Shown piece after piece: positions 1-13,639 of a DNA stretch of 64,000 nt. The DNA is taken from the NCBI GenBank assembly GCA_951406725.2, contig OX597820.1, forward strand, positions 101,742,001 to 101,806,000, in the 5' to 3' direction. This stretch comes from Octopus vulgaris (lineage: Eukaryota). Below the pieces are notes generated by a model. That model was not told where the DNA came from, ran no database searches, and saw only the letters and a program-made list of their open reading frames with translations. The position numbers and the translations under genes are program-made. The first letter of the stretch is position 1. Every line of letters begins with the position of its first letter.

Positions 1-677
1 TTTTTATGAAGTCATTTTATTAAGTAATTGAATCAAACCCTTGGAATGAAGCTAGCACATTCAAATAAAAATTATATTCTAGTTTTAGTAAAATTAAAAT
101 AAGGAATTTCAAAATTAATCATTTGTTAAGTAAAAGACACAAATATTAGGTGCAGAAATGAAATGGCTGAATAGATATAATTTTGGTCTGCCTAACAAAC
201 ACTTGAAATATTCCAGAATGCAAGACAGTATGTCACCATAAATCAAGACGTCATTGATGAAGAGTGTGTACAGATTCATAATAATACACTTGTCATCACA
301 GACACTAAGACAAAATATGGCATAGAAATATTTCTACAAGCCATCGGTGAATGAGGAGAATCTGTGAGAGAATGAAAGAGAGAAAGGTGGGAAATACATG
401 ATTTAGATCTAACAGGAACCTATTATTGAAGTCGAGAACTATGTGGTAAGAAGTGTGATTAAATATTAAAGAAGGTAGTTGTACCACTAGGAATAGTCAC
501 TGAGATACTGAACATTTCCAGCAAAGTAGAATGTATGACAATTACCGACAAGTTTTAGGTTGTACAGGGAAGTATCATACTCAATGACTAATATAACACT
601 ATCATCCTAGACAGTTACAAGAGCAATGGTTTTCTAGAAAAATATTGACTACTGAATTCACAAACTGATGGAATATA

Positions 678-895
678 TGAGGGGGTGCTGAAAAGTTCCT
701 GGCTTTAAGAGTATCATGAAAGGCCTGGCTGCAGGACCAACTTTCTGAGTTCTTTTACAGGGCTTAGAAAAATTGAAGGACTGCTGCAATAAGTGTGTGA
801 ATCTGAGTGGGGAATATGTTGAATAAGATCATAATTAACTGATCTTCTTGTTTTTTTCTTTTACCCAAAGCCAGGAACTTTTCAGTGCCCCATTG
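678..895 (+). mobile_element. Mariner-derived MITE
   Basis: TA flanks; TIR gggggtgctgaaaagttcctggcttt / aaagccaggaacttttcagtgcccc; internal GLEKLKDCCNKCVNLSGEYVE* resembles a mariner transposase C-terminus. Confidence 0.85.
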
Positions 896-1075
896 TATGT
901 TAAGAAAGTAAGAGAAAGAGTTAACAAGAAGGAAATAAGGCTTAGTCAAGATGCAGTTTAAGTTTATGCCAGGACAGGGTGGCTTTGAGGACCTCATTCT
1001 AGTGAGACAACTAGAGAAATACTCTCAGATGGCTCTTGTAGTGAGCGACTATGCTTAGCATGTATTTATCTAGAG

Positions 1076-1294
1076 CAGTGGTTTTCAACAAGGGTTCCGC
1101 GGAACCTTAGGGTTCCCCCAGTACAGTCCAGGGGTTCCGCAAGAAGTTACAAAACTGCTAAAATCGGCAGTAATTTTTAATTCTCCTGTGCAGATATGTG
1201 TGCATAAGACAATTAAATTATTGCACAAGGGTTCCTCGAGCCAGTGGAATGTTTCCTTGGGGTTCTGCGCCAGCAAAATGTTTGAAAAGCACTG
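1076..1294. mobile_element. hAT (Charlie-type) MITE
   Basis: TIR cagtggttttcaa / ttgaaaagcactg; perfect 8-bp TSD atctagag at 1068-1075 and 1295-1302. Confidence 0.9.
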
Positions 1295-1999
1295 ATCTAG
1301 AGAAAACCTTTGGTAGGGTACTACTCTTTATTGTCTGGTGGATGCTAAGAAAACTAATCTTAGATAAATGGCTTGTGAGAACCATATAAGCCATATATAG
1401 GGATTCTGTCAGCAAAATGAGAGTTAGCAATGAATGAGTTCAGCCAAGAATTAAGGGTGTAGATAGAGATCCATCAGGGGTCAGTTCTCAATCTTTTCCT
1501 GCTTATTATAGTTCTTTTGATCTGTAACTGAAATATTTAAGTCTGGTTTCTCATGGGAATTCTTGTATACTAATGACATACCTAAATTTATTGAAGAATT
1601 AAAGATGAAATTCCAAACATGGAAGTAAAGTCTAGAATCAAAACACACCCCACCTCCATAGAAAAAAAGTCTAGCAAAGTCAGGTTTTAATTTGTAAGAG
1701 AGAAAATTGGATTCTACTGCCATTTGGGGAGTAGCCATGTTTATTGTGCCAAAAAGGAGTTCATAGAAACACTGTACTGTGTAAATAATAGGGGGTACAA
1801 GAAATGTAGTGAAATCACAGACAGGTTGAGAGATAAGGACTTCATATGTAGTATGACACTGGCCTAGGGTCAAAATCTGATATCAATAAAAATTGAATGA
1901 ATATCCAGAAAAACAAGGCCAAATAAAACATGGGAAGAAGTAGTTAAAGCTTATCTCAAGAGGTTAAATCTTATAAAATAGATGATAAAGGATTGTGAT

Positions 2000-2400
2000 A
2001 CTCTTTACTCTTTTACTTGTTTCAGTCATTTGACTGCGGCCATGCTGGAGCACCGCCTTTAATCAAGCAACTCGAACCCGGGACTTATTCTTTGTAAGCC
2101 CAGTACTTATTCTATCGGTCTCTTTTGCCGAACCGCTAAGTGATGGGGACGTAAACATACCAGCATCGGTTGTCAAGCAATGCTAGGGGGACAAACACAA
2201 ACATACATGCTCACACACATATACATATATATACATATATACGACGGGCTTCTTTCAGTTTCCGTCAACCAAATCCACTCACAAGGCTTTGGTCGGCCTG
2301 AGGCTATAGTAGAAGACACTTGCCCAAGGTGCCACACAGTGGGACTGAACCCGGAACCATGTGGTTGGTAAGCAAGCTACTTACCACACAGCCACTCCTG
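2000..2400 (-). mobile_element. SINE family A (head caggagtggctgtgtggtaag, internal CA/TA tract, gtaaaaga tail)
   Basis: Near full-length copy; A/B-box-like head; many similar copies in the window. Confidence 0.85.
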
Positions 2401-3319
2401 ATAAACTAGTATATAGAAGACCTGTCCATTTAAGATGGAAAAAAATAAAGATAAAATTGATGATACTGATGTTGATAATGATAAATCATGAAAAGTGAGT
2501 TTAAATCTTATTTAAACTTTTTTTTATTACGTTTCTGAAGAACTCTATATGGCAACATAATGATTGCTTCAGTTTACTTAACTAAAGAATAGGTACTAAA
2601 TTTTGGGGGAAATGATCAATAGATCCTATTACCCGTTTATACATAACACTGATCTAATCACTAATTGTTAATTGATTTATAAATTGTCAAATTGTATCAC
2701 TGCATAAACATTTTATTTTCCTACTGTTAAAGAAATAAAGAAATAAAAGCGAATAAAAAGTCAGCCGTGGTAAACAATAGTTATCTCCCTTGAACTAGGC
2801 TGTAGGGCTATATGCATACAGTTAGTGTTCAGAATCGTAACTTAACCTCTACAATAAGAAGCCTGCATCTTCCAACTTGTAAATTCATAGATACAGCGAT
2901 CACCTTCTTGAATGATACACCATGTTGAAATAACTATCGCTTTTAACTGAACTAGACAAACAGAAGCAATAACAAAAAGCACTCTAAGTCCATATTCTGC
3001 AAATCCATTTCAGTGTTCTCTCCCTTAATAAATCCAAACCAGTATGCACAAGTCCACCTTGGTTATCTTTGCTGCAGTTTTCTCTTGATTATTTAGGAAA
3101 AGGTTGGAGACTCTCAGCAGGCAAAACTATATAACTAAGAACTTGGCTTTGCTGTGACATAGTTCTGGGTACTTTTCCACTGTAAGACACGACGTAGGTA
3201 TATGCGTGCGGTTATCTAAAAATAACCTATCACAGAAATATATGTTTAACACAGCAGAATGCAGTCCATGCTACTAAAACGTAGGTATGATACTCAGTAT
3301 TCACTGTTCAACTTTTTTT

Positions 3320-3567
3320 TTGCGCCCTTTTAAACCCTAACCAGGCTCACGGGCCCGGTTTCCCAGTTTCTATGGCATATGTGTTCCCCAGCTGGATGGG
3401 ACGCCAGTCCATCGCAGCATTACTCATTTTTGCCAGCTGAGTGGACTGGAGCAACCTGAAATGAAGTGTTTTGCTCAAGGACACAACGCGTCGCCTGGTC
3501 CAGATATTGAAACCACAATCTTACAATCATGAAGCTGACACCCTAACCACTACGCCATGTGCCTTCA
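3320..3567 (-). mobile_element. SINE family C (tRNA-like head ggcacatggc..agtggttag)
   Basis: tRNA A/B-box-like head on the minus strand; similar to other copies in the window. Confidence 0.75.
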
Positions 3568-3862
3568 CTCACTGTTCAGCAACCAATTGTTAAACCAACA
3601 CACGTCAAAGTAACATGGTAAACCAACAGGGTCGAACTAACACCATCAACTACCCCACTGACAATTCACTCAGTTCTTATATATCATAATTTGTTAATCC
3701 ACCTTCAGCTATGTGGAGGTGTTTAAGATTCTCCCATAACAGACACATTGGACAAGTGTCTGCTGTTGTACCTTTGAGCTTCATCGACGGCTTGGGAGTG
3801 AAAATGAGCCATACTCGAAACAGTATACACCAACTCTTTTATCCATCCTATATTGATCATTG

Positions 3863-4093
3863 AGGCGGCAAGCTGGCAGAAACGTTAGCATGCCGGGCGA
3901 AATGCGTAGCCGTATTTCGTCTGTCGTTACGTTCTGAGTTCAAATTCCACCGAGGTCGACTTTGCCTTTCATCCTTTTGGGGTTGATAAATTAAGTACCA
4001 GTTTCGCACTGGGATCGATGTAATCAACTTAATCCATTTGTCTGTCCTTGTTTGTCCCCGCTATGTTTAGCCCTTTGTGGGCAGTAAAGAAAT
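3863..4093 (+). mobile_element. SINE family B (Meta/MESC-like core)
   Basis: Head ggcggcaagctggcagaaacgttag; core gtcgactttgcctttcatcc...gataaattaagtaccag. Confidence 0.8.
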
Positions 4094-4257
4094 ATATTGA
4101 TCATCAAGCTAATACATTCCATGTGTACATCCTTTTGACTTTTGTTATTTTCAATTTTTAATTTACCTATATATATATTAGATATGTGATGTATATATGA
4201 TATACATATATATAAATATATATATGTCATCGTCGTCGTCATCATCATCATCATCAA

Positions 4258-4777
4258 GGCGCAGTGTGGCTGTGTGGTAAGAAGCTTGCTTCCCAACCAT
4301 ATGGTTCCGGGTTCAGTTCCACTATGTGGGCCCTTGGGAAAGTCTCTTCTACTATAGCCACGGCCAGGCCAAAGCCTTGTGAGTGGATTTGGTAGATGGA
4401 AACGAAAGAAGCCTGTCGTATATGTATGTATGTGTGTGTGTGTGTGTAATGTGAATATAAACACACCAACCATTGGTTGTCAAGCGATAGTAGGGGACAA
4501 ACACACACACAAACATACACACACATACATACATGCATGCATGCATGCATGCATGCATACATACATACATACATACATACATACATACATACATACATAC
4601 ATACATACGTATGATGGACTTCTATCAGTTTCTATCTTCCAAATCCAATCCACTCACTAGGCTTTGGTTGGCTTGAGGTTATAGTAGAAGACACTTGCCC
4701 AAGGTGCCACGCAGTGGGACTGAACCTGGAACCATGTGGTTCGTAAGCAAGCTACTTACTACATAGCCACTCCTGCA
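4258..4777. mobile_element. Two SINE-A halves in opposite orientation joined across (TG)n/(TACA)n
   Basis: Plus-strand head 4258-4445; minus-strand copy about 4455-4777. Confidence 0.75.
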
Positions 4778-4849
4778 TCTATTTAATCGGTTATATTCAT
4801 TTTATACACATCATATACACACAATAGTCTTAATTTATCTTTTATGTAG

Positions 4850-5245
4850 TATCTGTTTCAGTCATTAGATGGTAGCCATGCTGGGGCATCGCCTTAAACA
4901 ACCTTTAGTCAAATGAATCAATCCCAGTACTTTTTTCTTTTTTAAGCCTAGTACTTATTTTATCAGTATATTTTGCTGAACTGCTAAGTTATGGGGACAT
5001 AAACAAACCAACACCGGTTGTCAAGCAATAGTGGGGGACAAACACAGACTCAAATACTCTCCCCCCCACTCACACATATATGTATGATGGGCTTCTTTCA
5101 GTTTCCATCACCAAATCCACTCACAAGGCTTTGGTCGGCCCAAGGCTATAGTACAAGACACTTGCCCAAGGTGCCATGCTGTGAGACTGAACCTGGAATC
5201 ATGTGATTGGGAAGCAAGCTTCTTGCCACACAGCTACACCTATGC
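4850..5245 (-). mobile_element. SINE family A
   Basis: Similarity to 2000-2400. Confidence 0.8.
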
Positions 5246-5429
5246 CTTTAAATATTTCATTTCATAGGTTATATTCATTTTATATACATGCATTTTATAT
5301 GCACACAATAATATACACACAACAGAAATAAAAATATCAAAAGTATTTTAATGCATCGTTATGACACTTCATTAAGGTCTAGTTAATGAAAAGAAAATCA
5401 GGGAGTAATTTCATATGAAAATTTTTGAG

Positions 5430-5765
5430 AGGTGCAGGAGTGGCTGTGTGGTAAGAAGCTTGCTTACCAACCACATGGTTCTGGGTTCAGTACCACTGTG
5501 TGACATCTTGGGCAAGTGTCTTTTACAATAGCCTCAGGACAAACAGAGCCTTGTGAGTGGATTTGGGAGACAGAAACTGGAAGAAACTCATTGTGAATGT
5601 GTGCGTGTATGTGCGTGTATGCGCAAGTGTGTGTGTGTGTGTATGTGTGTGTGTGTGCGCACATGTTTATGCATGCATATGTGTGTGTATGCATGCATGT
5701 GTGTGCAGGTGTGCATGCATAGTTATGCTTACATGCATGTGTGAATCTGTGCGTGCATGTGTGTT

Positions 5766-5815
<50 letters not shown>

Positions 5816-6040
5816 TGTGTGTATTTGTGTCTTTGTCTGTCTGTGTTTGTCCCCCACTTCTGCATGACTAACAGTGTTGGTGTGTTTACATCCCCATAAC
5901 TTAGCAGTTTGGTAAAAGAGACCAATAGTATAAGTACTGAGCTTTAAAAAGAATAAGCACTGTGGTCAATTCATTGGATTGAAAATTCTCTAAGGCAGTG
6001 CCCCAGCATGGCCACAGTCTAATAACTGAAACAAATAAAA
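5430..6040 (+). mobile_element. SINE family A with expanded (TG)n
   Basis: Head ggtgcaggagtggctgtgtggtaag; tail ctgaaacaaataaaaga. Confidence 0.8.
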
Positions 6041-6296
6041 GAAAAAAAAAAGGAAAAATAGATTTAAAAAATCACAGACAGAATAATAACAACAGCAAAA
6101 AAATGAAAAGAGAATAATGAAAAACAAGAAAACTCAACTAAACTGAATTAATATACTAAATTACAGACTGCTAAAATAAAGTACATAGAGAAAAGCAATA
6201 ATATAATGGGAGTCTCTCATGGTCTGAGAAAGACAGCTCTGCACTTTCTTGTGGAACAACCTTCACAAACAATTTGTTTATAATTATCAGATGGTA

Positions 6297-6446
6297 TGGG
6301 AGTGGCTGTGTGGTAAGTAGATTGCTTACCAACCACATGGTTCTGGGTTCAGTCCCACTGCGTGGCACCTTGGGCAAATGTCTTCTACTATAGCCTTGGG
6401 CCGACCAAAGCCTTGTGAGTGGATTTGTATATATACATGTACATAG

Positions 6447-6487
<41 letters not shown>

Positions 6488-7330
6488 AAAGTGAGCTAGG
6501 GGTTATGAGTGTAACCCACTATGGGATATCATTTATCCAATATACTGCCAGTAAAGTACCCAGAAGGCTAATACATAAATGCTAAGAATTGCAATGCAAT
6601 TAATTCATTTATTGTATTATATGGGCGAAGGTAAAATGTTTTACCTCAAATTCATAATACAAAATAAGAAAATGGAGGAATAGATTTCTTTCAATCATCA
6701 ACTTCCAGATAATACCAATTCATATAATTTATCAACTAATTGTTTAGATTAAATAGGAACATCCAAATCCAACAGAATAAGACTGAATAAAACAATATAC
6801 ATCAATAAGTAAGATAATACCATAAGAATAATACATATAAAGTGGATCTTACAACTGTTTCAGCCTGTAGATAAGAGTATCTCATTATGCTCATATTAGT
6901 CAGATGTATTGAGGTAATATGCAGTTATAAATGAGTTACTTATATATATATATCTCAAGGCCTCGTCAGAGATTATAAAGTATAATTATTAAGATATAAA
7001 ATGAAGATATAAAACGCAAATATGAATATTAAACAAGGTACACACATACACATACACATCCATTTTCTTATTTTGTATTATATATATATATATATATATG
7101 TGTGTGTATATGCTTGTGTGTCTGTGTTTGTCCCCCCAACATTGCTTGACAACTGATGCTGGTGTGTCTACGTCTCCGTAACTTAGCGGTTTGGCAAAAA
7201 AGACTTTTTAGAATAAGTACTAGGCTTACAAAGAATAAGTCCTGGAGTCGATTTGCTCGACTAAAGGCGGTGCTCCAGCATGGCCACAGTCAAATGACTG
7301 AAACAGGTAAAAGGGAGTAAAAAGAGTAAG
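6297..7330 (+). mobile_element. SINE family A split by a ~600-bp Penelope-like insert (about 6483-7080) in its (TA)n tract
   Basis: SINE 5' part 6297-6428 and 3' part about 7097-7330; insert has a 22-bp inverted repeat (6655-6676/7059-7080) and a hammerhead motif. Confidence 0.65.
6846..6973 (-). ncRNA. Type I hammerhead ribozyme motif
   Basis: Minus strand: atct-CTGACGA-ggcct...aggct-GAAAC-agtt-GTA-agat; canonical core, 4-bp stem I, long loop II. Confidence 0.65.
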
Positions 7331-7879
7331 AGGTGTTTATGCTCCATCCTGTCATCAAACTGAATGTACAGGTGCATAGAGTACCACATGTTAGATGTCA
7401 AAACGATTTTGCCCAAGGACACAACACATGGCCCAGTCTTGGAATTGAACCAAGTCTCCCAATCATTGGTGCAACACCCTAAACACTAGGCTGCATGTGC
7501 TCACTTAGTACAAAGTAAAAAAGTCATTAATAATCAGGTCAAATAATGTGCATTGATTAAATGAAACGTTTTGGTTTCAACAGAAAATGAACGATAATAA
7601 ATTAGTTGATATGAAAATAAAACTTTGCTATAAAAATGCTATATTTTTCTCCTAAATGTTTGTTGTTCATGAGTTGATGAAATATTTCAAAGTTACATAT
7701 AAAGAGATTCTGTAAAAAAAGATAAAAGCTCAGGAAAAAAACTATGCAGGTGTGTTTTGTTAGCTGTAAATGAAAACAACACATCATCAACACACACACA
7801 CGCACACACACAAACACACACACACACACACATGCACACTCAGCTTGTTAAAGTATTGTAGTTTTAGTTAAAAGACATG

Positions 7880-7971
7880 TATATATATATATATATGTGT
7901 GTATATATGTATATGTATATATAAATCATATATATATATATATGTATATGTATATATAAATATATAAATAA

Positions 7972-8004
<33 letters not shown>

Positions 8005-8083
8005 TACACACATATACATATATATATAGAGAAAGAGATAGCTAGATAGATATAGATATAGCTATATATACATACATGCATAC

Positions 8084-8115
<32 letters not shown>

Positions 8116-8560
8116 GCATGCATGCATGCATGCATGCATACATACATACATGCATGCATGCATGCATACATGCATGCATGCATGCATGCATGCATACATA
8201 CATGCATACATACATACATACATACATACATACATACATACATACATACATACATACATACATACATACATACATACATACATACATACATACATACATA
8301 CATACATACATAAATAAATAAACATTTACATATATCCGTTTGTGCATGTATATGTGTTTGTACGAATATGTACATATGTGCAGGTATGTGTAAATAAGTA
8401 AGGAGATATGTAAAAGCACATACACACACACAGAGAGACACAGATATATATATCTATATAGATAGATAGATAGATAGACATACATACACATATGCGTATA
8501 CGCACGCACACATGCATACATTCATGCATGACTACCATACTTGCATACATACATATATAT
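7880..8560. repeat. Compound microsatellite (TA)n/(TGCA)n/(TACA)n/(GATA)n
   Basis: Seen directly; source of the MYVC/HTYI pseudo-ORFs. Confidence 0.95.
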
Positions 8561-8567
8561 ATATACT

Positions 8568-8768
8568 ATTTCTTTACTACCCACAAGGGGCTAAACACAG
8601 AGAGGACAAACAAACGGATTAAGTCGTAACTGGTACTTATTTAATTGACCCCGAAAGGATGAAAGGTAAAGTCGACCTCGGCGGAATTTGAACTCACAAC
8701 ATAGCGGCAGACGAAATACGGCTACGCATTTCGCTTGGCGTGCTAACGTCTCTGCCAGCTCGCCACCT
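8568..8768 (-). mobile_element. SINE family B
   Basis: Reverse complement of 3863-4093. Confidence 0.8.
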
Positions 8769-8769
8769 T

Positions 8770-8907
<138 letters not shown>

Positions 8908-9549
8908 CATAAGCATTTACATATCTGTTTGTGCATGTATATGTGTTTGTAAAAATATGTAATGTGTGTAGGTATGTGTAAGTATGTAAATGTGTAAAAG
9001 CACATGCATTTATATGTATGCATATATAAATATCTATGCCCTTCCCTATACATGATATTAGCATCTGCACTTCGCATCCATTGAAGATTATAAATATCTG
9101 ATCAGATAAACACTGCCTTTCATCTTAAAATGATTTTTCTGCTAATTTTCATAAATCAGATTGTTTTATAATCTATTTTGGGAATACTGATTAAATATAA
9201 AGTTAAGGTGATTCTCAAAAGAAATTACTTTACAAAATTCAATAATTATATTTTTATATTTATTATGTTCACATTATTTTCTTATTTTGCCAAGAACTGA
9301 ATTTTATAGAATAGAAGGTATAGTGAAATAAAACGAGGTACAATATATTTCTGGTGTTTGTCTTATAGGAAAAATGGAATTGAATGTATAAACTAACTCA
9401 TTATGCAGGTTCTTGAACTCAAAATATAATAAGATAAAGCTAATTACTGTAATAAGAAAACTTTATGATATTATAATTCCAGCAAAACACGTCTTGATCA
9501 ACCTAGTGAAAATCAATAAATCGAAATCTTTTTATTTTTTTATTTTTTT

Positions 9550-9820
9550 GTTTTCTTGTTTCAGTCATTAGATTATGGCCATACTGGGGCACCACCTTGA
9601 AGAATTTTAGTCAAATGAATCAACCCCAATATTTATTTTTTTTTGCTAAGCCTGGTACTTATTTTATGGGTCTCTTTTCCAAAAGCACTAAGTTACGGAT
9701 GATGTGAAAACACATCAACATCGATTGTCAAGTGGTGGTGGTGGTGGTGGTGGTGGTGGGAGACAAACATATACACAAAGACACACTCATACACGCACAC
9801 ACACACAGACACACACGCAT

Positions 9821-9868
<48 letters not shown>

Positions 9869-10016
9869 CAGGTTTCTTTCTATTTCTATCTACCAAATCC
9901 ACTTACAAGGATTTGATCAGCCCAAGGCTTTAGAAGAAGACACCTGCTTAAAGTGCCATGTAGTGAGAGCCATGTGGTTGAGAAGTAACTTCTTACCTTC
10001 TTACCACACAGCCACC
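9550..10016 (-). mobile_element. SINE family A (diverged)
   Basis: Similarity to other copies. Confidence 0.75.
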
Positions 10017-10099
10017 TAGATTATCTCATATAGATTATCTTATGAGGAAATTTCTCTTTGTTTCAATAGAAAGAATGAATGTTTATCAACACAACCTCT

Positions 10100-10350
10100 T
10101 CTAAAATGTCAGCAGTAGTCAGCCATCACATTCATATTCTTTCTTCAGTAATACTATTCCTCCTTCATCTTGGAAAGAATCTTTGTTTTTTTCTTTTGTC
10201 CTGTATCTATTAAACCCAAGGCTTTTGAAAGAAGTGTCCAACTGAACCTTAATGCTCATGGTACATTGTACATTTAAATTTAGTATAAACAACATCTTCA
10301 ACAACTCTCAGCCTTAGTAAAATCATAGCCTCTACTGCATGTAAGGTTTC
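10100..10350 (-). mobile_element. Decayed DNA-transposase C-terminus, Chapaev3-like
   Basis: Minus-strand fragments MSIKV..., ..FQD.., MNVMADYC* follow the order of the MSxKxHFL...GERFHQD...MMADYCW motif; family name is from recall. Confidence 0.5.
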
Positions 10351-10534
10351 TTTTCCATTTTAATCATCACTGACCACCACCACCACCATCATTATCATCA
10401 TCATCATCAATATCACCACCACTGCCAATGACACTGCTACCATCACCAGTACTGCCACGACCACGACCACCACCACCACTGTCACTAGCTCTCTCTCTCT
10501 CTCTCAGTATATATATATATATATATTCATACAT

Positions 10535-10605
<71 letters not shown>

Positions 10606-11400
10606 TACAGAGGGTGTGATGTCGTCTAAATTATGCAGAAATGAAAATAACATGGACATCTCATTTTAACAGATATTTTTTTCGTAATTTCAACTTAGAG
10701 CTGTGGCCATGCTGGAGCACCTTGAAATACTAAAGAGTAAATCTATTGAATAAAATCGCCATTGGGTTCAACTACAGCCTCCAAATGACTTCGCAATCTC
10801 CTGCAACTCTTCTGGATGATCTATTTGTTTAAGTTGATGAATGCTGCCATAATCCTTGTTTTCAGTTCATCTATGGTGTTATAAAGGGTTTTGTAGGTCT
10901 CGTGCTCAGCTGCACCCCACACATAATAATAAAGGGGGTTGCAGTCTGAGGAGTTAGGTGGCCAGATGTTAGGGGTGATGTGGTCACAGAAATTGTCTGA
11001 CAACCATGACTGGGTTCTCCTGTTTGTGTGGTATGGTGCAGAGTCCAGTTACCAGACATAGGGTCTTCCAGCAGCCACCCTCTTGACCCAGGGCAGCACT
11101 ACCTCCTCTAGGCTTTTGGTGTAGGCCTCCATGTTGAGTGTGAGGCCGTGTGGGAAGATGAATGGAGGCATAATGTCACCATCAGGAGTAATCACTCCAA
11201 ACACCATGATGTTGGCTGGATGTTTGATTTTTATCACTCTCAGCACATGTCCTCAGATTGTCACCCAAACACTCTGAAATCTTTATATTGGAGCTTCTGT
11301 CATGAATGCCCAGCAGTAGACCAAGTCATTTCCAAATTTTTGGCCAAGTGAATTGCATCATGGTGATGTTTTTCTCACAGACAGTGCCCAACTAACACAC
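10606..11400 (-). mobile_element. IS630-Tc1-mariner (DD37D/maT-like) transposase remnant
   Basis: KHPANIMVFGVITPDGDIMPPFIFPHGL...RPYVW and WPPNSSDCNPLYYYVWG across frameshifted ORFs 11049-11246 and 10821-11003. Confidence 0.85.
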
Positions 11401-11767
11401 ACACACACACAGTCCACTCTGCTGGGTGGTTGGTGTTAAAAAGGGCATCCAGCTGTAAAACCTCTGCCAAAACAGATACAGAAGCCTGGCTGGTTCCTGA
11501 CAAACCATCCAACCCATGATGATGATGATGCTGGTGATGATGATAGGTTGGAAGTCCATAAGTCTGAAAAGAAGCTCACTCTAAAAGTATAAAGTAGTAA
11601 TAATTAATATAGTTGCTGGTTATAACCAATCAGGGAGTAACCACTGGTTTCACAGCTATAAAGTTCTTAGTGGTACGGGTGACTTGTCAGACTTGTTGGC
11701 CAGAAGAACTTTATAGGTGTGAAACCAATGGTAACTCCCTGACTGACCATAACCAACAAATATATTA

Positions 11768-11805
<38 letters not shown>

Positions 11806-11808
<3 letters not shown>

Positions 11809-12220
11809 CTATTTTACTATTTTACTATTTTACTTGTTTCAGTCATTTGACTGTGGCCATGCTGGAGCACCGCCTTTAGTCGAGCAAATCGACCCCAGGA
11901 CTTATTCTTTGTAAGCCTAGTACTTATTCTATCGGTCACTTTGCCCAAACCACTAAGTTACAGTGCCGTAAACACACCAGCATCGGTTGTCAAGCGATGT
12001 TGGGGTGGGGGGACAAATACAGACACACAAACATATACACACACACACACACACACACATATATACAACAGGCTTCTTTCAGTTTCCGTCTACCAAATCC
12101 ACTCACAAGGCTTTGGTCGACCCGAGGCTATAGTAGAAGACACTTGCCCAAGGTGCCATGCAGTGGGACTGAACCCGGAACCATGAGGTTCGTAAACAAA
12201 CTACTTACCACACAGCCACA
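11806..12220 (-). mobile_element. SINE family A
   Basis: Near full-length, low divergence from other copies. Confidence 0.85.
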
Positions 12221-12222
12221 TG

Positions 12223-12254
<32 letters not shown>

Positions 12255-12259
12255 CATAT

Positions 12260-12313
<54 letters not shown>

Positions 12314-12804
12314 ATGTATATATATACACACACATATATATACATATATTTACATATATATATGTATATGTATGCACACACACATACATACATAATATGT
12401 ATGTATCTGTATGTAAGTCATGTCTCCCATCCTCCATCAAGATCAGGTTTGATATTTGCTTTGCCACACCTACGTAAGTGAATTAGTCTTCTCCCACACT
12501 GTGTATTACAAATTAATATTGTTTCTTTATTGTATCAGTCTTCACCATTTTACTCCAAGTCCTTTGAAGCTCCTTTCTTTCCCAGGTTCAGGATTCAGTT
12601 GAATTTGCTTACGTTAAGTGCAACAACACAACTTACACCAAATTTCTCATTGGTGGATTGTCGTTCCTGATACATAACCCAGGTCTCCAGTAAATCCTAT
12701 TTTTTTCTTTCTTTTTGCTCTAAAATTAAAGAAAAACCTTCCAAATTCTTACAAATAATTCAATGTAACTCAACCATGTACATTGTAGAAAAAAAAACCA
12801 ACTT

Positions 12805-13205
12805 GGTGCAGGAGTGGCTGTGTGGTAAGTAGCTTGCTAACCAACCACATGGTTCCGGGTTCAGTCCCACTGCGTGGCATCTTGGGCAAATATCTTCTGC
12901 TATAGCCCAAGGCTGACCAATGCCTTGTGAGAGGATTTGGTAGACGGAAACTGAAAGAAGCCTGTCATATATATGTACATATATATATGTATGAGTGTGT
13001 ATATGTTTGTGTATCTGTGTATGTCCCCCCAACATCACATGACAACCAATGCTGGTGTGTTTACGTCCCCGTCACTTAGCGGTTTGGCAAAAGAGACCAA
13101 TAGAATAAGTACTGGGCTTACAAAGAATAAGTCCCAGGGTCGATTTGCTCGACTAAAGGCGGCGCACCAGCATGGCTGCAGTCAAATGACTGAAACAAGT
13201 AAAAA
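12805..13205 (+). mobile_element. SINE family A
   Basis: Near full-length copy. Confidence 0.85.
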
Positions 13206-13639
13206 AACAATTAATCAAAGCAACACCAGTATCTTAATACTACTTATTTTTGTCAACCATACAAGGATAAAAGGTTAAGTCAACTCTGGTAAGATTTGGA
13301 CCCAGAACATGAAAGTATGTGACTATATACCACATGGCATATATTTCAATACTCTCTTGGTGCTTTGCCTACACTGACCAGATGTTTGCCAATATTGATT
13401 TCTTAGTATCACAAACTTCAGTTGCTTGAAGTACACCTGAACAAGAATATTTATATTTAGTCACTCTCTAAAATAACTTTGATGTAAAAACTAATTAATG
13501 CTAGACTTTTATTGTCAAACCTACATCTCTGCACAATTGATTTTGAATATCTATAAAGATCATTTACAAACAACGAAATTGAGACTATATGGTGTTGGCT
13601 ATTTCAAAACTGTCTGAAGGTCAATATCATATATATATA

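Larger units (their letters stand above)
200..1900 (+). mobile_element. Highly decayed RTE-clade LINE ORF2 (reverse transcriptase region) remnant, interrupted by two MITEs
   Basis: Broken translations resemble RTE ORF2 (F(M)PG-G, HQGSVL, LLY-ND-like segments); many stops and frameshifts; boundaries approximate. Confidence 0.55.

Noticed and set aside
2760-3290. Possible exon or hAT transposase relic (VEKYPELC on the minus strand)
   Set aside because: Multiple stops; similarity too short to call
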